This document shows, one piece after another, positions 62,186-64,000 of a stretch of 64,000 nt of DNA (its first letter is position 1; the number at the start of each line of letters is the position of its first letter). Location of the stretch: NCBI GenBank assembly GCA_002633005.1, contig NMRA01000086.1, positions 480,297 through 544,296 on the forward strand, read 5' to 3'. The position numbers and the translations under genes are program-made. Source of the stretch: Phoronis australis (taxonomy: Eukaryota > Animalia > Phoronida). Below the pieces are notes generated by a model, which worked only from the letters and a program-made list of their open reading frames with translations, had not been told where the DNA came from and did no database searches.

Positions 62186-64000
62186 CAGTCAGACTTTTAA
62201 TACATCAAAATCCGTTGTGATTTTGCGCTCATTTTTGCCGTTGCCTGTCAGATTGAAACCAATGCTGGTGTGTTTGCCATTTTAATGCTAGCTTTTAAAA
62301 TACTCTTGCACTTTAGGCGTGGTATTTGGCTCAGCGGCAGAGCATTTGGTTGCTACTGCAGAGTGTCGTGGGAATATTCCGCGGTAAAGTGATAATTTTG
62401 TTCTTTCCTTTAAAGATAACTCATTTTGCACCATTGATGGTAAAACTAATTTTATCTGCAACCAATGTAGTCAAATTTTGTTCCCAAACTGGTGATCTAA
62501 GAAAAAACTTGATTTTAATATAGAAATGGGTCAAAAGCGTATTTTGCGATTTTGATTGGACAGGACAGATTGTTTTGAAGTTAATAGTTTTGAACAGAGC
62601 TGTAAAACTGCAAATTCGCAACCCTGAGGTTCTGTCATTTCATTAGAAGTCCCTGATTCTAGACGTTGACGTCCACCCATTCGGCAGAAATAATAAAAAA
62701 TCGAGACCGGTGACGTCAATTATAGATATGTTTCATCCCGAGCAGCTTATTGAAAATGAAAGTCGAAATCGGCCTTGTATTCTTATAAAATCTGTCTCGT
62801 AATATTCCTTACGGTGATAGCATTCTATTTTCGTTACCAACTCGAGTCAAAGGTAATGCGTACATGCGCCGTTTTCGTGGCTTCAAAAACGCTACCTGAT
62901 TGTCACCAACAACACCAATAACGTCACGTTAGGTTATTTTTTACTTCTTGTGCATCAAGTGACCATGGTCTCAATGAATGAGAAAGTAGTTCTTTGTAAA
63001 CCCAGTATTCACTTCTGATCTCGATGATCAGACCAAATTGATAGCAGTAAGTACGTGGCAGGGCTCTCACTCACCTGGCAGGAAAGGTGCCTGTACTTTT
63101 TTAAAGAGCAATTTTTACTAAGAGGACATTTTTGTATAGTTTATTTGTGGCATTGCTTTTTATGGAATGGTATATGTATGGCCATGAGGGCAATTTTTGA
63201 TCGCTTAGCGAGGAATTTTTTGACTTGATAAGGGGAATTAAGTGTGATTTTTAAATATTTTTAAGGAAAGGGGTCGATGGCCCTGTGTGGTGTAAGTCAA
63301 GGTACATTTCTTAAACGGTGTGCACTGATGATTAGCTTTAGGCTTAGCTATAAACGCTTTAACGGGGTATGGCATTGTCGGCGAGAAAACTAATTGTCAG
63401 TCATCGGCAACCCGCTATGGATGACATCGAAGGACTTTGGCATGGTGTCTGCTGATTAGGTTTTCACTATTACCAGGAAGAGATAACCAGGAAGGGACAA
63501 CTGTTTTAGCGCATTTTAACGTGATTTCAAACGTAAATGTTCAAGTTATCTGGAATCCAAGCATTATTTTTGAAAGATTAACTCTTTAGCTATAAAATGA
63601 CACCACTTTGGTCCTCAAAGACTGCATATTACTGGCACTGGGATGCTTTGAACGTGACATGTTTACCCTTCCAAAAGATGCTTCTTCCCAGGCATGTACT
63701 CGGGCATGAGCCTCTTTTTTGAACCAACAGATGTCACTATCATATGCAAATGAGGCTCGCATCGCTACGTCATACGACGTCATACGGCGCGAGCTTCCAA
63801 TTTGAAACGTCAGGTGCCTATAGTGTATGACTTGAAACGCAGTAGTCTACTTGATCGGGTATATCCTAGTATGATTCCAAGAAAACTAAGAACTCACCCA
63901 AGTCAATGTTCAAAGAACATTGAGTATGGTTTCACATGAAAATACATTTAATTGTATTTGGATACGCTTGCGTGTGTGTATGCGTGGACTTTGTCATTTT

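Overview
Eukaryotic (bilaterian invertebrate) genomic DNA: AT-rich, GT-AG introns, dense in repeats, with single-N scaffold joins at 2096, 3158, 13943, 16532 and 54379. Three host genes can be reconstructed by hand. (1) An intronless class A GPCR of Moody/Tre1/GPR84 type (9897-11225, -). (2) A 4-exon mitochondrial rRNA 2'-O-methyltransferase MRM3/RNMTL1 (17757-23822, +, about 388 aa). (3) A large multi-exon NFAT5 (about 29594-57152, -, about 939 aa) convergent with MRM3. The rest is mostly transposon-derived: Kolobok-type elements (TTAA target sites, THAP and P2X7-ballast-like remnants), Helentron-associated HINE/DINE-1-like elements with arrays of CTCF-like motifs (one nested with a solo LTR and a second HINE), Harbinger-like and other MITEs, L1/Tx1 and RTE LINE 3' ends, and minisatellites. 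There is also a decayed spliced homeobox (HDX-like) fragment. I see no CRISPR array, rRNA or credible tRNA, and no clearly new multi-gene system. The best leads are regulatory or splicing features: TE-borne CTCF-like arrays, coupled start-codon and cassette-exon choice in NFAT5, post-IPT mini-exons, and a duplicated MRM3 splice acceptor. All homology calls are by motif recognition only; no database search was run.
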